Positions 1 to 13,617 of a stretch of DNA of 64,000 nucleotides are shown one piece after another; within the stretch, counting starts at the first letter, position 1, and every line of letters starts with the position of its first letter. Source of the DNA: Marsupella aquatica (Eukaryota; Plantae; Marchantiophyta); the NCBI GenBank assembly GCA_973895155.1, contig OZ316891.1:21154169-21218168 (forward strand), written 5' to 3'. Under the pieces are notes generated by a model. That model did not search any database, was not told where the DNA came from, and saw nothing but the letters and a program-made list of their open reading frames with translations. The translations under genes and the position numbers were made by a program.

Positions 1-199
1 GGAAGTGGATCGATGATCCGAACATCGTCACCCTCGTCACTCTGCGCCAACGTGAGCGCAGAGCGCACCAATGCTGCGGAGGACGGGCCGATTTTGAAGT
101 CTCGTTCATTAATGCCCAATTGCCTAATTTGGTCCCATTCATCAATGCGCACTGGTACGAGGGTACTTTACAGTTTACTATCCTCATTTTGAATATTCA

Positions 200-685
200 G
201 GAAAGTGAGGTAGTAAACACAAAAATTGCTTCCGAGACAGACAGAAAGTGAGGTGATTAAGGGTGGAGCTGTGATGCTTTTGGATGGCAAAACACTGAAC
301 TACTGAAGTAAACTGAACTTAATGGAGGAAATGAATGTAGAGGAACGTGAGGTAATTAAGGGTGGTATTGTGATGGTTTTCGATGCTAAAACACACACAA
401 GTAAACTCTACTTAAATAGAGGTAATGAAGGATGCAACTGTGATGGTTTTGGATGCTGAAACACGGAAGTCACCTGAACTTGATGGACGAAATGTTAGTT
501 CAGGAACGTGATGTAATGAATAGGGTAGACCTGTGACGGTTTTGGATTCTGAAACACGGAAGTAAACTGAACTTAATGAGGGAAAATATTGTTTAGGAAA
601 GTGATGTCCTGTAGTTATGGTGGAACTGTGGTGGCTTTGGATGCTAAAAACACGGAAGTAAATCGAGCTTGATGGAGGAAATGAC
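200..685. repeat. Degenerate tandem repeat, ~80-100 bp unit, ~5 copies
   Basis: The block GAAAGTGAGGT..GGTGGARCTGTGATGGTTTTGGATGCTRAAACACGGAAGTAAACTGAACTTRATGGAGGAAAT recurs from about 245, 344, 420, 503 and 596. Confidence 0.85.
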
Positions 686-3600
686 AGGGTACTGTAATAG
701 CCTAGCAGGTTGAGCTATGGGAGAGAGACCAGTGAAAGGCGTCTGGGGTCCAGTAATTGCATATCAAAATATGACATGTACTGTACAGTACATGGCTCCA
801 TACCATGATAAACCTTTTCTCAATTTAAATGAGTGAGTGCACATTGTAGATGATCACATTTGAAGTGTGCAGAACATATTTTGGCATGCTCCATTGCCTG
901 CACATACCTACAGAGAAACGTATTTGTGTTACCATTGTACTGTTTCTATTGGTTCAAAAATGCTGGTAAATCAACTAATAAACGCACAGTTGGAATTAAA
1001 GCACGACCATCGACCATGCAAGCTTGTTGTTGTTGTTGTTTTGGCATCATCGTCTTCTTCTTTCAAACTACTGCTTTCCTTTTATAAGAAAGCAGCATAA
1101 TGCCATTGGAGAGGTATAGTCTTCATGTACACCTAGCTGAAAAAGTTTACTTGACTGACCCCAAGAAAGCTAATTTGTAGTTAGTCCCTCCCTAAAGTTT
1201 TGTTAGAGTTTAACATTTTTGTGCCAAATATTCTTGTAGGGGCTCTTGACTGGATACTATAACTGGTTTGGGTAAATGATAGTGAACAGTGACTACAGGC
1301 ATTTGAACCACAAACTATGCACACTCTGCATGCCATATCATGAACCGCACATCCCCAGCCATGCATTACCCCACTGACTAACTGTGAGTTTAGAGTAATT
1401 TCAATTGTGAACTGAAGGCAATAACATCAACGTCTTCTGTTGTAAAGTCATATGTAAGAAATATGTTCCACGTATTTGGCATTGTGCTTGTGATTCACTA
1501 GGTTTTCTTGAGGTCTTCACAAAGTTCACAGGCCTCTCAGATAGCACTCTGATGCTAAGGCATAGCTTCAACGGCAGCTCAATGCAATGGATGCACAAGG
1601 GTGGGGTCCTATGAGAGCAAATGGGCATAGTCATTGTGGAGTTACTTGGATTGGTGAGTCTGGCCCATAAGTATTCAAATACACTGTTGTGACACAATTG
1701 TTTGCAGCAATGAGCACTTGAGGTAGGGTCAACCATAGTGACAACAACTTTGGATAGCAATGCACAAAGTAGCATTTGCAATTCTACTTCTATAAAATTT
1801 ACCGTCTGCAATATTATTGTACTCCACAAATTTGAATTACAAAATTTTGGAAGTGTTCAACCCTCAAGTGCAAGTGGGGAGTTCAACGAAGGCAAAGTAC
1901 TCTATGCAACTCTATTCCATGTTAATCTGCCAATTACTTTGCTCTTTGGATCCAATCATCCATCTATACGTAGGTAAGTGCCGATATGGAGGCAACCTCC
2001 AGTTGTCTCCCCGGATGTCTTCATAAAAGGTCCACGTTGGTCATTTATCCCCGTCACAACAGGTTTTGTGATCAAAAAGTTTAGGAGCAAAAAACGATGC
2101 TAAGTGTCAGGTGAAGACAACATCCACATTGTCTTCCACAAAGGTAAACTTTTGGCCACTTTCCCCTGCCTGAAGTGTTCTTGATAAAAAAATCTATGAG
2201 CCAACCAATTGTGCTAGAGTGTTGACCATGACGACAACAACTATCTTGTCTACCACAAAGGACCATTGTTGACCGTTGGCCTGACTGGGAATTGTGGTAG
2301 TTTTGCAGAGATGAACATATTTTGTTGTCATTCAGTCTCAATTTTGCATAAACCCAATATTAATCAGTTTAATTCAGCACAACATAGAGAAGTAGTCTTT
2401 ATTCAAAAAGGTGTTGAGTACAACTGATGGGGACCAAATATATCCATGTAGTGCTTTGGAATAAAAGTGGTAAAATTTACACATGAGGATTGCACATTTT
2501 TCAAATCACTACGAGGACATCAGACACAAAAGTTGGAAAAAGGTCTCAACTGTAACAAAATTTTCATGGGGGTCTAACCCATAACAAATCTTACTTGGGG
2601 ATCCATCAAGTAAAATTTTTCAGCGAGGGGGTCCAGCATGCCATAGAAAAGAGTGAAACCCTCTTGAAAAGAACAAGTGATCGAGTCCCTACCATAAACT
2701 TCAAGAGAGGCATGAACCATAGAAGACCAGATGCAAAATCTTGTGGGCATCAGGTATAAGAGCAAGGATGACTAGTGGATTCTGATTGACTAGTGGGTGA
2801 ATGACTTTCATCCATTGTCTCTTTCTTTGGTTCTTTTCCTATGCTACCCAACTTTACTGGGCTGGCTACACACTAGGCCGCTTGGTTCCACCGAAGTTAG
2901 GTCAGATCAAGTCACCTAACAATCATGCCCTCCAAAATCCCCAAAGGCATGTTCCACACAGTCATGTCCTAGCTCATCCCTAATGGTCTCCACACATCAT
3001 GAGGGTTGCCGTCATTTGGATTTCTTCATATGGGAGCAACCAAAGAACAAATCCAATCAAAAGTGCAAGGCTTAATAATAAGTTCCTCTTGGCATGAGAC
3101 CTAGCAACACTTGCAAGAGAGGGACTGCCTTTGATTCTGTCTTCCCTCCCTCACCTGAACAAGCATTTGTGAACGATGTCTGTTATTAGGATTTTCAGGA
3201 CCACAACAAAATTCTGCATCCCTGAGAAGTACCTTCTGGTGTCCTCAGGAGGGTTGACCATGATATACTTCTGGTGGCCAAGTAAAGGAGAATGACCATC
3301 CAAATTCTTAGAATCGTTTGACTTCAGGTCCAGCACAGTTTGGATTGGATTAAATTAGACCTCTACATCATTGTGACAGTCACAGGCAGGATCTTTTATA
3401 TCTGCCAGACCAACCAATCCCTTTGATTTATCTTTACAGTAGCTGGACCCAACTGTTTGATGCTGCTATAATGAGAAATCCACCTTTCAATAGTTTGTCT
3501 CATTGAGACTTTCTGCTGTGTATTTTCATTTCAATGTGCCTAAATAAGGTGCGCCATTTGCATTGTTTAGTTTTTGAATTCATTTTGGCACCCCTGTTAT

Positions 3601-5224
3601 GGCTTTAACCTTTGCTCTTCCAGAGCTCTTCTTTCCCACTAATTTTAGAATTGAATATTGTGCATCCAATCCCTTTAGATATGTATCTGGTTGTAGGATT
3701 TTGATGTGCAATTACCATGACACCTTTTCTTTGCCTGTGCTTTACTTCTACTTTTGTATTTTATTCAGGCACGCAATCTTACTAGTAAAGGCGTGAACTT
3801 CCTAACAAATACTATTCAAAAGCCAAATAGAATCAATTACTTACACCTAACTACAAGATAAAAATTGAAACATATTCCCAACATGAACATGCTATATCTA
3901 TATGAGTACCCAAGCAAGACCCAACTTTAATTGAAAATTTTGGATGACAGCATCAGTGATTTATGTTTTGGCAAACTCTGAGGCATGTTAGGTTGAGATG
4001 CCCCTTGATTCCTTGAACATCTCATTTGTACAGTCAAATCTTCCATGATTTGAGGAGATACGCCTGATCTGGCGACGAGGATCAGGCAACCAAGGGTGAC
4101 TTTACAGAAGCACAAAAAGGCCCATTCACTTTTTTCCCAAACCTAACTGAGGGCCGCCTTTCAACCGAAAAGGAATCATTCTGCAAACACCAAATCCCTC
4201 TCTATCAATTTCATTAAGGTGGGGCCGAGGAAGTGGTGAAAACAATAATAGGAAACTTCACCAAACAGGTGGTCGAAAAAGTTATAAAAGCCTGCCACAT
4301 AAGATTTTGATGGGACCCACAGAATCCCATGTCCGATTGGGGTTTCCCAGCCCAAAAGTGACCCCTCTAAATCGCCCTTTTTCACGTACATTCAAATGAT
4401 TCCATTCTAGAAACATAATGATCACATCCCCCCCCCCCCCCTATGAAAAGCGCCACCCTAGAGAATGTGGTAAAGTGGGTCCTGTTTTATTCTATCTACT
4501 ACAATCTTAAATCTTGGTGAAGGTCACAACACTTCTAGGAGATTTGTTGTGAAATCCAGCAGGAGGCTGGCAGAGTTGAGGAGGACAGTGACTGCAATCT
4601 GAAAAAAGAGTAAATTTTGGACACCTCTAGTCGTGGAGTAAGGATTGTTACCAAAAAAATTGCCATTTGAGCTCCCACCGGAAGTATACTATAGTCAGCG
4701 TGATATTTCTTAGTTTAGTGGTCCAACAATGATTTATCAATAGTTGTGAATACATCTGCTTGATTTGTGCTTTCTGTGAAGAAAGTTACGAGAAAGATTA
4801 AGGGCTAACTCAAAAATAAATGAAGTCTCAGGCTGGTTTAATGTCGTGTACATCCTACATGTTTGTATTGTGTAAAAAGGTTTCCTTCAAAAAAATATGA
4901 ATGTTTCCTGCGCCTCCAGTCAGGTGCACGGCTTGCCCTAGGGCATTTTCTATTTTAAAAACTGTGTTAGGTGAAGCCCTCCTAAACGACAACTCCAGAG
5001 TGGCAGTGTCCGAAATCTGCCCAAAATAGGTATCCAGACAAAGTGAGAATACCTGAAAACAAAGTGACTCAGGCTTTATTTTGGACATTTCCGTACAGAA
5101 AGAGCTTTTGGTTCCTTCCCCATATTTTGCCAAATTAGGTATGTATACAAACAATATGACAATGCCTGAGACAAAGTGACAATCCCTCAGCAAGGCGAAT
5201 GCAGTTGTAGAATTTACTCGTTCT

Positions 5225-5990
5225 ACATGCCAATTTTACACTAGATAAAGTGCGTCGTCTAAACTAAAAAATACAAACGCACTGTGTTGGCTGGCACAGA
5301 TTATGTTTGTCGTGGTTCTACATGCCTATTTTACGCTAGATAAAGTGCTTCTTAAATATACCCGCTCTCGGTTACTCTTCCCAATTGACTACATAAAGTG
5401 TTCCATAAAAGTACATATGTTCTTTCTAATTGACTACATAAAATGCTTTAAAAAACGCTTCCGGTTCTTCATGCCATGATTTTACGTTGGATAGAGTGAT
5501 TATTAAAAATAAACCCAATCATGAGGCCAATTCTATGCTGGATAAAATGCCAGTAAAATATAACATCAATTTTACGCTGGATAAGGTGCTCCCTATCATT
5601 CCTGCCGCTATTTTATGCAACATAGTGTTTAAAAAAAATTAACTCTGGATCTGAGAAAGAACTACAGTAATGTTCATGCCAACTTTAAGCCCGATAAAGT
5701 GCTTCTAAAATACAAAACGCTCCCGGCTGGATAGAGTGCATAAAAAAACAAACTCAAATCTTGAGCACGGAGCTAACCTTAATGCCAATTTTAAGCTACA
5801 CGACATACATCAAGTATATCACAGTGCCCAATGGCAAAAGACTCCTATCTGGAAAATAGGATACCAAGTCAAAACAACCCAATGAAGTGCGTCTAAAATA
5901 TAAACAAAACAACCCAATGAAGTGCGTCTAAAATATAAACAGCTCCGGCTTCGTCATGCCACATTTTACGCTAGATAAAGTGCGTTAAAA
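5225..5990. repeat. Degenerate AT-rich minisatellite with core CATGCCAATTTTACGCTRGATAAAGTGC
   Basis: About 10-12 variants of the core at irregular spacing (e.g. 5227, 5320, 5470, 5567, 5676, 5956). It also contains a ~35-bp tandem duplication AAAACAACCCAATGAAGTGCGTCTAAAATATAAAC at about 5871-5940. Confidence 0.75.
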
Positions 5991-6160
5991 AAAAAACCCA
6001 AAAATCTTGAGCATGGAAATAAAATTAACTTTCCGCTCTTCAATTGGGCTACCGGTATACGAATCCTGAGTACAGTACACTGTAGGGATACTGTCCCGAG
6101 AACACGGAGTCTCCAGTCCTTCGAGTCTTGATACTCTGTCAAATCCGCCGACAGCAGTAC

Positions 6161-6230
6161 TCTCGTCTCGTCTCGTCTGTTCTCGTCTGTTGTGTTTTCG
6201 TCTCGTCTCGTCTCGTCTCGTCTAGTCTCT
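6161..6230. repeat. (TCTCG)n imperfect microsatellite
   Basis: Directly visible: tctcgtctcgtctcgtctgt...tctcgtctcgtctcgtctcg. Confidence 0.9.
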
Positions 6231-8891
6231 CCTGTTGCTTTTGCAGAAGCAGAGGAAATGAGGAAAGCCCGTTAGACAAGGCTCCTCGTCACACTCTCCC
6301 ACCTGGGTCCGGGTCCTGTAGTCAGCGGCCCCGATGTCAGAACTCAGAACTCAGAATGATCGATGATGTCCGGAGTGTGGGTCCTCTTGGAGCTCTTTTC
6401 ACTGCTGTTCCACTTCATGAAAGAGATTTGCCTCATCGCCCTCATCAGGCCCATGCTCCCATTCCCTGCGCAGGTTTTCTGGCCGAACTTTTAGTGTCGA
6501 CGTGGGAAGTACAAGCTCCAGGATCGGTGGATGGGGCGCTGGGACGGACGGGAGGGGAGGAGCAGAGGACATGACTGCCGAATGTATGTAGAAAAAGTGG
6601 CCCTAATCGGAAAGGGGCGGGGGAGGTTGACCCGAGTAGACGCGACATGAATGACGACGACTGCAGTGAATCCCGGCGCCAACATCGATTTGCTGTGAGC
6701 ACGTTGCTATAATGCAGGGCTACTAGAGGTAGAGCAATTTCACCGTCATGCCTGGATGTGAACTGAGACTGAGGGGGCCGAAGGAACGTCTAGACTCTAG
6801 AGATCTACTTCACACAGACCTATTATTCCCGTTTCTTCCACTCATCAATACCCGGAGGTTCTTCAAAACAGTGATGTGGTTCCTTTTGCTTGCTGCAGTC
6901 CCAGACTCCGAGCTTCATCAGTCGTTGTCTGCCTCGTCATGGAGTCTTCTGCCCGGAGTGGAGTGAGGCAGACTTTGAAATGACTGCGTCGTGTGGCTGG
7001 CCAGCATCCTAGCTCGAACGAACTATTGCGGAAGCTGGTCGTCAACAAGATGGATCAAGATGGAGCAGAACGGAAGGAGGAGGAATGCTACTATGTCAGT
7101 TGCAGATTATTTTGCTGTGTGTTTCGAGGCGGGATTGAAGTTATCATTGGAAGAAGCATGTGAGTAGAGTCTGTGAGCTCGATCTGGACTGAAGGAAAAG
7201 TCCATTTAGATGTGTGGATTTGCATTTGCTGCTAGTAATTCGCAGCTCGTGACAAACGTGCGGCCTCTCGTATCTACAGTGCTTTGTATTTGAGTCACAG
7301 GCGACCTGCCTCTCGAAGTTTTTCTGTCGCTTCTGTCGAAGTGAACGTAGAGCCTTAGGACAGTTCCCAACACACGGCACTCGAAAAATATCGGAAGATT
7401 AATATTGAGTCGCAATTCGTATTCGAGAGTTTTACTTTTGTGCTTGGAGAGAGTAACGGTCCCTAAACGTCGAAATGATTTCTGGATGTTCGGAAACATT
7501 TCGTAGAAATTAGAAGGGGAAAATTCTTAGGCTGAACTGCAGATTTCCTACATGTCAGCTGAGTTTGTGCTGTCTCTGGTTTTGCATGTCTGGCAAATAT
7601 GCCAGACTTACTTGCCAGACACAGCGCAAGCGCAAATACATTGATCAATCCGCACAGGTAATAACATACGAAGATTCGTTTTCAGTAACCAGCTGTTAGT
7701 ATTATCCAGTTCCTTTCTGCCTTGGCATAGCATGTCCTCGGGCAATGTCACTAATGATGTCTGGCCAATGTGTTACTTGACAACGTCCTCGGATACGATG
7801 AGTACATAATTAGTTGTCTGGTAGTTTCTCCATGACATGACTTCCTTGAATATGTCCTCGGTCAGTATCAGGTAGATTTGTATCAATATATCACCTGCTT
7901 GAGGTCCTAAGAATTGACAATTTCAATTCGTGCATCTTGACATGTCGTTCAGACCACGGTACTCCAAGCTACTGTCCATGATCCGGCGGTCAGCTGAACA
8001 ACATTCCGTTGGTCTTTCGCGCCTGCAGGTGAAGCGGAGGAGTGGCGTTGAACATCACCTTCGTTCACACGACTGGCGACAGCAAAGCCATGATCTCTCT
8101 CGTTTTTGTAGGCTTGGTCTGAGACGGACGGCTTGGAACGGCGAAGTGTCCATCGTCCTCACCTGCGATGGATATTGTTAGTGCCTTTGCCGAAGGAGAG
8201 GAGCTGCAGCTTTCAAGATAGTGTAAAAACCACTGTCATCCACGAGTCTACTATCAATGAACCGGATGAAAGTGCTCTCTTGAAATGGTTCAAGGCCGTA
8301 TCAAACTCCGCCGTTTTGACTTTTTCTTACCTGATATTGTAATCTTCGAGAACTTCTACAGCGGCTGAATGGTTGTTCCGGCGGGAGAGACCGTACTATT
8401 GTGGGAAGTAGGGTTCTCGGAGGACGATTTTTGCTCTCATCGAACGCTTCTATGGTCCAAATGCAGGTATGAAGCGATGCGAAAGAAACTTGCCATTCAA
8501 CGGAACGGAAAGCAGATTATACCGCATCCCATGTGACCAGTGCACACCGCTCATGTCTCTACGTTTAGGGTGTCCTGAGAATACTTTCATCGAGAAGACG
8601 AAGTGACGTTTGCGAGAGGTAGAACTACAGCAAATTATCTGGGCGTAGATGAAATCTTGGAAAGCCAAAATTTCCGAGGGGATAGTAATTGATGATGTGA
8701 TTTTGCTATTGCGACCTCAACTTACGTCCAAGTGAATATGAGGTGTTCCGACACTGTTTTGTCTCTGGCTGGCAGTGAGTGTGGTCTCACCTGCCTGCGG
8801 GCATATGAATTTGAGATTTCGTTCTTATTGGCCCATTTTCCATCACTACGTGTAGTACAGAATTTGTGTTTCCAGACAGCTGGTTTTCACT

Positions 8892-10313
8892 ATGGGGAGT
8901 TGCTGGAGTAAGGACATCATTCAGGTAGCTGACAGCAAGTTGGGTCCAAAAGTAGCTGCTGCTACTAATGAGGGGGGGAGTTTTCTCCAAAGGTTCCTAT
9001 CACGCAGGCCATCGGGAATCCATCCGAAGAATCCAACTTCGTTCGACAGGCTTCCAGACAACCTTTTCAAGCATGTGCTTGAGCAGCTACCTGCGTCCAG
9101 CCTGGTTGAAATGCGCCGTGTGTGCAAGAAGTGGAACGCTTTCATACTCTCGTCGGAAATCACTCCTCGGTTTTTCAAGGCCAAAAACGTTTTGTTCAAT
9201 TTCTCAGCTGCAGAGCTGACGCTCCGGGTGTATAGTCCGCGACCCACGCACTGGGAGCTGGAGAGAAAATCGCTCTCATTTCTTCTAGAGACACGGGTGG
9301 CAGATCTGACGGACGCGATTCGGGGTCCAACAACCCTCAGCTCTAGATGGCTTCGCTTAGTTGCAGCAGGCGGAGGGTTGCTCTGTTTCACCAGCAGTTC
9401 ACATTTCTGGACATTCATAGTGTGCAATCCTGTGACCAGAAAATGGAGACGGCTCCGGATGCCATTTGCAACCAATGAACAACAACAACAGCACGACCTT
9501 TTCAGTGTGGAGAATTGCATGCCTCCTCCTCCTTGGGCGGTAAAGCTATGGAATTCCAAAAACAGGGTGATGGATTGGCAAGCGAAATTGGACGAGGAGC
9601 TAGCAGTCTGCTTAGTGGTAGATACCCAACAACAGCAAGGAGGCAGCACCAGCTACAAACTCATCGTGGCAGGTTTGTATGAAGGATCACAGCGAACCAC
9701 ACTAGTGTACCACTCCAAGACGGCCGCCTGGAAGAAAATTGCTGACGTTCCAGCGATGCAATCCAAAGACAGCCGATTCTGCTCCCGAGCCATCACCTCC
9801 GGTGGTCACATGTACTGTCTCACTGGTGAGTTCCAAGACCGGTATGCCATTCTCCGCCGGCCCACTCGGCTGTTGAAGTGCAACATGCAGACAGAGATGT
9901 GGAGTGAAGTGGCTCTCCCCGCTGAACTGGGATTCCCCAACGATCTCGTAGAGCACTCTGGAAAGATCTTGCTTTTGACACATGACAGGTACAACATTGG
10001 AAACTCGTTGAGTTTCTATGAGCTCCAAGAGTTTGACTCGGAGATGTGCTTCAGTCCTATGTTGAGTTTGCCCAAGATGCTAACAGAATGGCTCAACGAC
10101 TGCCGAAAACAGAGCACGTTCCATTTCTCTGTGCGGTGCCTTGGCATGGGCAATGTCATGTACATCAGCACGAAGATGGACAAAGACCACAAAGTTCTTG
10201 TTTTCAATTCCTCCGACCAGACCTGCACCACGACTAAATCTCCCAAAAACGCGGACTATATCTATGATGCTGGCTGGCAAGTTTTTTCTCCGGCCTTGGA
10301 TGCTACTGTGTGA
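8892..10313 (+). CDS. F-box protein with F-box-associated/kelch-like beta-propeller C-terminus, 473 aa, intronless CDS
   Basis: F-box motif FDRLPDNLFKHVLEQLPASSLVEMRRVCKKWNAFI. The plant FBA/kelch-type signatures GGLLCF, IVCNPVTRKWRRL and VYHSKTAAW follow. There is a probable 5'UTR intron acceptor (tttgtgtttccag) about 17 bp upstream of the ATG. Confidence 0.93.
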   Translation: MGSCWSKDIIQVADSKLGPKVAAATNEGGSFLQRFLSRRPSGIHPKNPTSFDRLPDNLFKHVLEQLPASSLVEMRRVCKKWNAFILSSEITPRFFKAKNVLFNFSAAELTLRVYSPRPTHWELERKSLSFLLETRVADLTDAIRGPTTLSSRWLRLVAAGGGLLCFTSSSHFWTFIVCNPVTRKWRRLRMPFATNEQQQQHDLFSVENCMPPPPWAVKLWNSKNRVMDWQAKLDEELAVCLVVDTQQQQGGSTSYKLIVAGLYEGSQRTTLVYHSKTAAWKKIADVPAMQSKDSRFCSRAITSGGHMYCLTGEFQDRYAILRRPTRLLKCNMQTEMWSEVALPAELGFPNDLVEHSGKILLLTHDRYNIGNSLSFYELQEFDSEMCFSPMLSLPKMLTEWLNDCRKQSTFHFSVRCLGMGNVMYISTKMDKDHKVLVFNSSDQTCTTTKSPKNADYIYDAGWQVFSPALDATV

Positions 10314-13300
10314 CGAAGAGGGGGCAAAGGAAGGAAGCAATGTCGGTACTCTTGCGAATCATCCAACCTGTTGGTGGAACTTTTCTTACGAAGCTCGTGT
10401 CTTTAGTTATCTAACCATTTTTGCAGTCTGTACATGTTTACCCTCCAAGGAATCGATGTCCTAGATTTTAATGTTAATCATTCAATACTGCTCGAGAATC
10501 TAACTCAGTGGATCTGGTTGCTGACCTAGGGTCCACCCCAACTCCTCTTAAAAGGTAGAATTTCGTTGTAGCAATACCTACCTTGGTCAGCTAGACAGTG
10601 GCAAGGAGTGTAGGAGACCCATGCGCCTGATCTTGAATGTAGTTGGGAGAGCATATCTATCATCACTCAAAATCTGAGGACTGTCAGGTCCATCAAGCCC
10701 GAGATCCCGAGGCGGGGGGGGGGGGTGGGGGGGTGGAAGAGGTCTCGAAATTCTGTGCGGTGGATGGGGCTTGTCAAAGGATATGTGCGTCCGGTTTGGA
10801 GTGAGCTCGGCTTATGTCTTCAAGTATTTTAGTGAGAGATCAATAGCTTTCATGTAGGCATCCCTTAGCAGCAGTTTGGTGTCGGTACAGTTTAGAGACG
10901 GTCGTATGCCAATTTCATAGTTATCGAAATTGGTGCTTTAGATTTAGTTTCCTTGTGTGAGAGTAGAAAGAAAAAGAATTTTGGGTCTTGGAAACTTAAC
11001 CACAGAGTCATACATTCCGTGATAGATTGAGATTATGCGTGGGTGGGAAGCCACCACCGTACTAGATGGAGTCGATTGGCTGGCTGGTGTGGTACATTGC
11101 ATTAGCCCAGAGTCTGCTCCACTAGGTTAGGAAAGGTTAGGAAGTTTTGACTCCTCGGCTCACGCCGCAAGAAGACACTCTCCAGGGAGGCCACAACTAT
11201 AGTAGAGAGTGGGGTGGTAAAGCGAATTCGTTGATTCTCTGCATAATATTATCAGTGCTATGGGATTTCAATTACTCCGCCCTTACCCCTGCAGCCAAGG
11301 GCGAAGATGGCTTGGTAACGGCTGTTTGTCTCACATTTCTGTTAGCTGTTTGTTTTAGTAGGTTCCGGGCCATCTTTGGGCACAACTCACGAGGATCTGC
11401 TTACTTCGTTACGATTTTGAGTTCGGGCCCTTCTCGTCATGAAACGTCGGTTGCCTCCTGTTATATACTGGGCTCTCAGATACATACTCGGCCATCCTGA
11501 GGACTCTTGAGTGTCAGCATTCAGATTATAAGGTATTCCTGTATGCTATAAATTAGAACCAATATTCTTATGATGAAACAAAGGTTTGTCTTCGTGCATG
11601 TGGCAGTCCATGTTAGTGCAATCGAACATATTTGAGAAAGAAGTTTTTGTGAAGGCATTGACAACAAGATTGCTTGCAGCTGAGGTAATTGAGCTTTCAA
11701 GAACTTTGGCTCTCGATTCCACCAGCATTCTCCTGTTTGGTGGCGATGTAAGGTTGACATGAGGATGGGGTAGAACCTTCCCCACTGACATTGCAGTATA
11801 GGATAGTTTGACGTTTGCTTGCATGATTTTGCAAACAACAAAAGTCACAGATTGGATGGCCAAGTCAGTTCTGTTCCGCCGGTTGTTGGATGTGCAAGTA
11901 GGGTGCTCTGGCATATCCAACCCGCGGATACTTAAGTTGCTCACGGGTTGGAGACACTGAATACAACTTTGCCAGCACTATTGAACACGGCTTTGGCACC
12001 ACCTCGAGGCTCCACTATGGGATTATGCAAGCACGAGCCTGTTTTAACGTTTTGAATCCTTTTGCCTGCATCTGGCTCGACATATTTCCTTCCAAATATC
12101 GATTTGTTGCCATCCTTTTGCTGTAGTAGTATAGCAACAACTCTGTATGATTCCATGTTCCAGTTACATCTCGAGTTGTCTCGACTTCATCTGCTACGCC
12201 TCATCAGACCACTTTCTCTAGTGTAGTCTTCTTGAATTTCGACTCGTTCAAAGCCTTTGGGATTGTAGGAGAGAGAATGAAAGTTGTTTGGTAACGTGCA
12301 TCCCCCATACTATTCATTGGGGCAATAGGTGAGTGCACAGCTGACTAGACAGTTGATTATCAGGTTCTGTTGTTTGGATTGATTTGGCATGTTTCTACTT
12401 AGCGCCTATTTTGGGCTGAGCCACCTGAGGACTTCACTTCCCAACTTTCCCAACTCAAGTCATGGAAACATACCCTCAAGATAGCTGATAGCATGTATGT
12501 CAAATCACCAGAAGAATGGCCACGCTGTGTTGTTGGGAAGGCACTCATAATCATTATCGACAGGCCACAAAGCTCATTCGGAGGTATTCTGAATGACCTG
12601 GGCATCCACACGCAGAAAAGAGATCACAAGCTCTGGGCCGGACGAAAGATCATTGCAATGAGGCATGCTCTTGATGGTACAGCGAACATGGGAAAATTGA
12701 CTTTGTTCCATTATAATCCATATATACATTGCAGGGATTGGCTTCAGCTCCGCATACCAGAAAATGTTGGTAGCGCCTTTTCACTGTCATGCAAAACATG
12801 CCGGTTGATAGATTTTCTGATCGGCTAACGTGCATTTCCATTGAAGTGCGACGATTTAGAACTTCCAACATACACTAGAATTAAAACAAACCAACGAGAC
12901 CAAATTGAGACCAAGAAACTAATTCGAGAAGATAGAGTGGCAGCGTTTTTGCCTCTGGAATGTCCTTAAGCAATGGCTCCATGGCTCCCACTACCGTCTC
13001 ACATTCTAGTGTACAGTTATCAAACATAAAGATGAATTTCTGCGAGGTCTGAGCTCGAAATACCTCGCAGAAAGTAATTCCCATGTCACTAGTGATTGTA
13101 GAGCAACGTTTTGCGCGCACGCTCGGGGCCAATCCTTCCACATTTAACGAATGTAAGTTTTCCTAGTGACGTATTGCTACAAAAATCTTTGCGTCCAAAG
13201 AATTGTCCAGACTTTAAGCCTCGTCTCTGATCGAAGACATATCCCTCCAGTCTTTCACCATTGGCGTTTCAAGTATTCCTACGACACGAACATAGTGCAA

Positions 13301-13617
13301 AATAGGGCCCTCCGAATGGTTTCCCGTTGATTTACTCTCGTAGAGAATCGCCCTGGCTATCTAATTAGAATCTTCATTCATATGTTTCTAGAGCGATTCG
13401 GAATCAACACAAAGAACATTCATGTTTGTCGGCGCTGTGCGATCATGTTTCTTGCTCACGATGGATCAGAACGGAAAATAACGGGGTTCTTTCTTACCAT
13501 AATTAGTCAGTTTTTCACAGCTCCGATGTCAAAATCGACAGTCGGTTTTCCTATATGTCACTCTTTGGCTCTGACTCTCTCTCTCAGTGGCTGTACAGAA
13601 GGAATAAGTTCCCTGCC

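Noticed and set aside
780-5190. Possible decayed transposase on the minus strand (Cys-rich fragments such as LPTCT*G, FFGCSH, CVNFTTFIPK)
   Set aside because: There are many stops and frameshifts, and no motif or termini I can identify with confidence. It needs TBLASTN or HMM searches.
5225-5990. CRISPR-like repeat/spacer appearance
   Set aside because: The context is eukaryotic, the repeats are too degenerate, the spacers are variable and related to each other, and there are no cas genes.
8921-10340. Long antisense or alternate-frame ORFs over the F-box gene (also 29224-29694 over LST8)
   Set aside because: These are shadows of real coding sequence with no independent protein features.
10711-10736. 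Poly-G tract (also poly-C at about 4428-4441) as a G-quadruplex
   Set aside because: Simple homopolymer runs with no evidence of function.
11521-13141. Cluster of 70-130 aa ORFs that look coding-like
   Set aside because: No recognisable domain or consistent spliced model. It may be an old relic, but I cannot support that.
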